Program-made: the position numbers and the translations under genes | Shown: positions 63,939 through 64,000 of the stretch, in pieces | How the letters are laid out: every line of letters starts with the position of its first letter | Numbering within the stretch: position 1 is the stretch's first letter | Notes under the pieces: generated by a model | The model's database searches: none | What the model was told of the DNA's origin: nothing | The model's input: the letters and a program-made list of their open reading frames with translations, nothing else | DNA from: an uncultured delta proteobacterium | Lineage (GTDB): Bacteria > Desulfobacterota > WTBG01 > CAIYCZ01 > CAIRTM01 | Direction of reading: 5' to 3' | Length of the DNA stretch: 64,000 nt | NCBI GenBank assembly: GCA_963804955.1 | Contig: CAWDSQ010000030.1 | Span: 192,001-256,000, forward strand

Positions 63939-64000
63939 ATGAATATGTGCGGGGGCGGAAACAATAGAAACAATAAGGGACAGCCACCGATTAAATTCCC

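Overview
The window looks like a deltaproteobacterial (Desulfobacterota-like) chromosome segment; the taxonomy is inferred from gene content only. It has four parts. (1) 1-14.8 kb: a minus-strand cluster that runs off the left edge and appears uncharacterised. It encodes five radical SAM enzymes (three B12-binding, one SPASM/Twitch-type, one TRAM-less methylthiotransferase-like), a GH3 acyl-adenylate/amide ligase, two GNAT-like proteins, a sulfotransferase, an AftB-like GT-C membrane glycosyltransferase and a stand-alone condensation/acyltransferase-fold protein that the ORF track missed. Upstream lies a sigma54-type promoter layout: -24/-12 box, IHF-like site and two palindromic enhancer-like sites. 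This cluster is the best candidate for a new system, most plausibly tailoring a lipid or glycolipid. (2) 15.7-24.2 kb: a RelE-like toxin whose antitoxin is cut by an IS200/IS605-like end, then housekeeping genes (VanZ, AI-2E, rlmN, PIN-PhoH, DUF5009, panC, panB, DUF151). Many carry frameshifts that look like assembly indels. (3) 25-54.4 kb: tRNAs, tuf, rpoBC and the str, S10, spc and alpha ribosomal superoperon, lacking fusA, rpmD, adk and map at their usual positions. (4) 54.5-64 kb: a sirtuin, then an AT-richer defence-island-like stretch with a TPR-HEXXH protein, a PUA-like relic, a MazG plus nuclease-helicase-S24 fusion pair and two toxin-antitoxin loci. All calls come from reading motifs by eye; no database searches were run.
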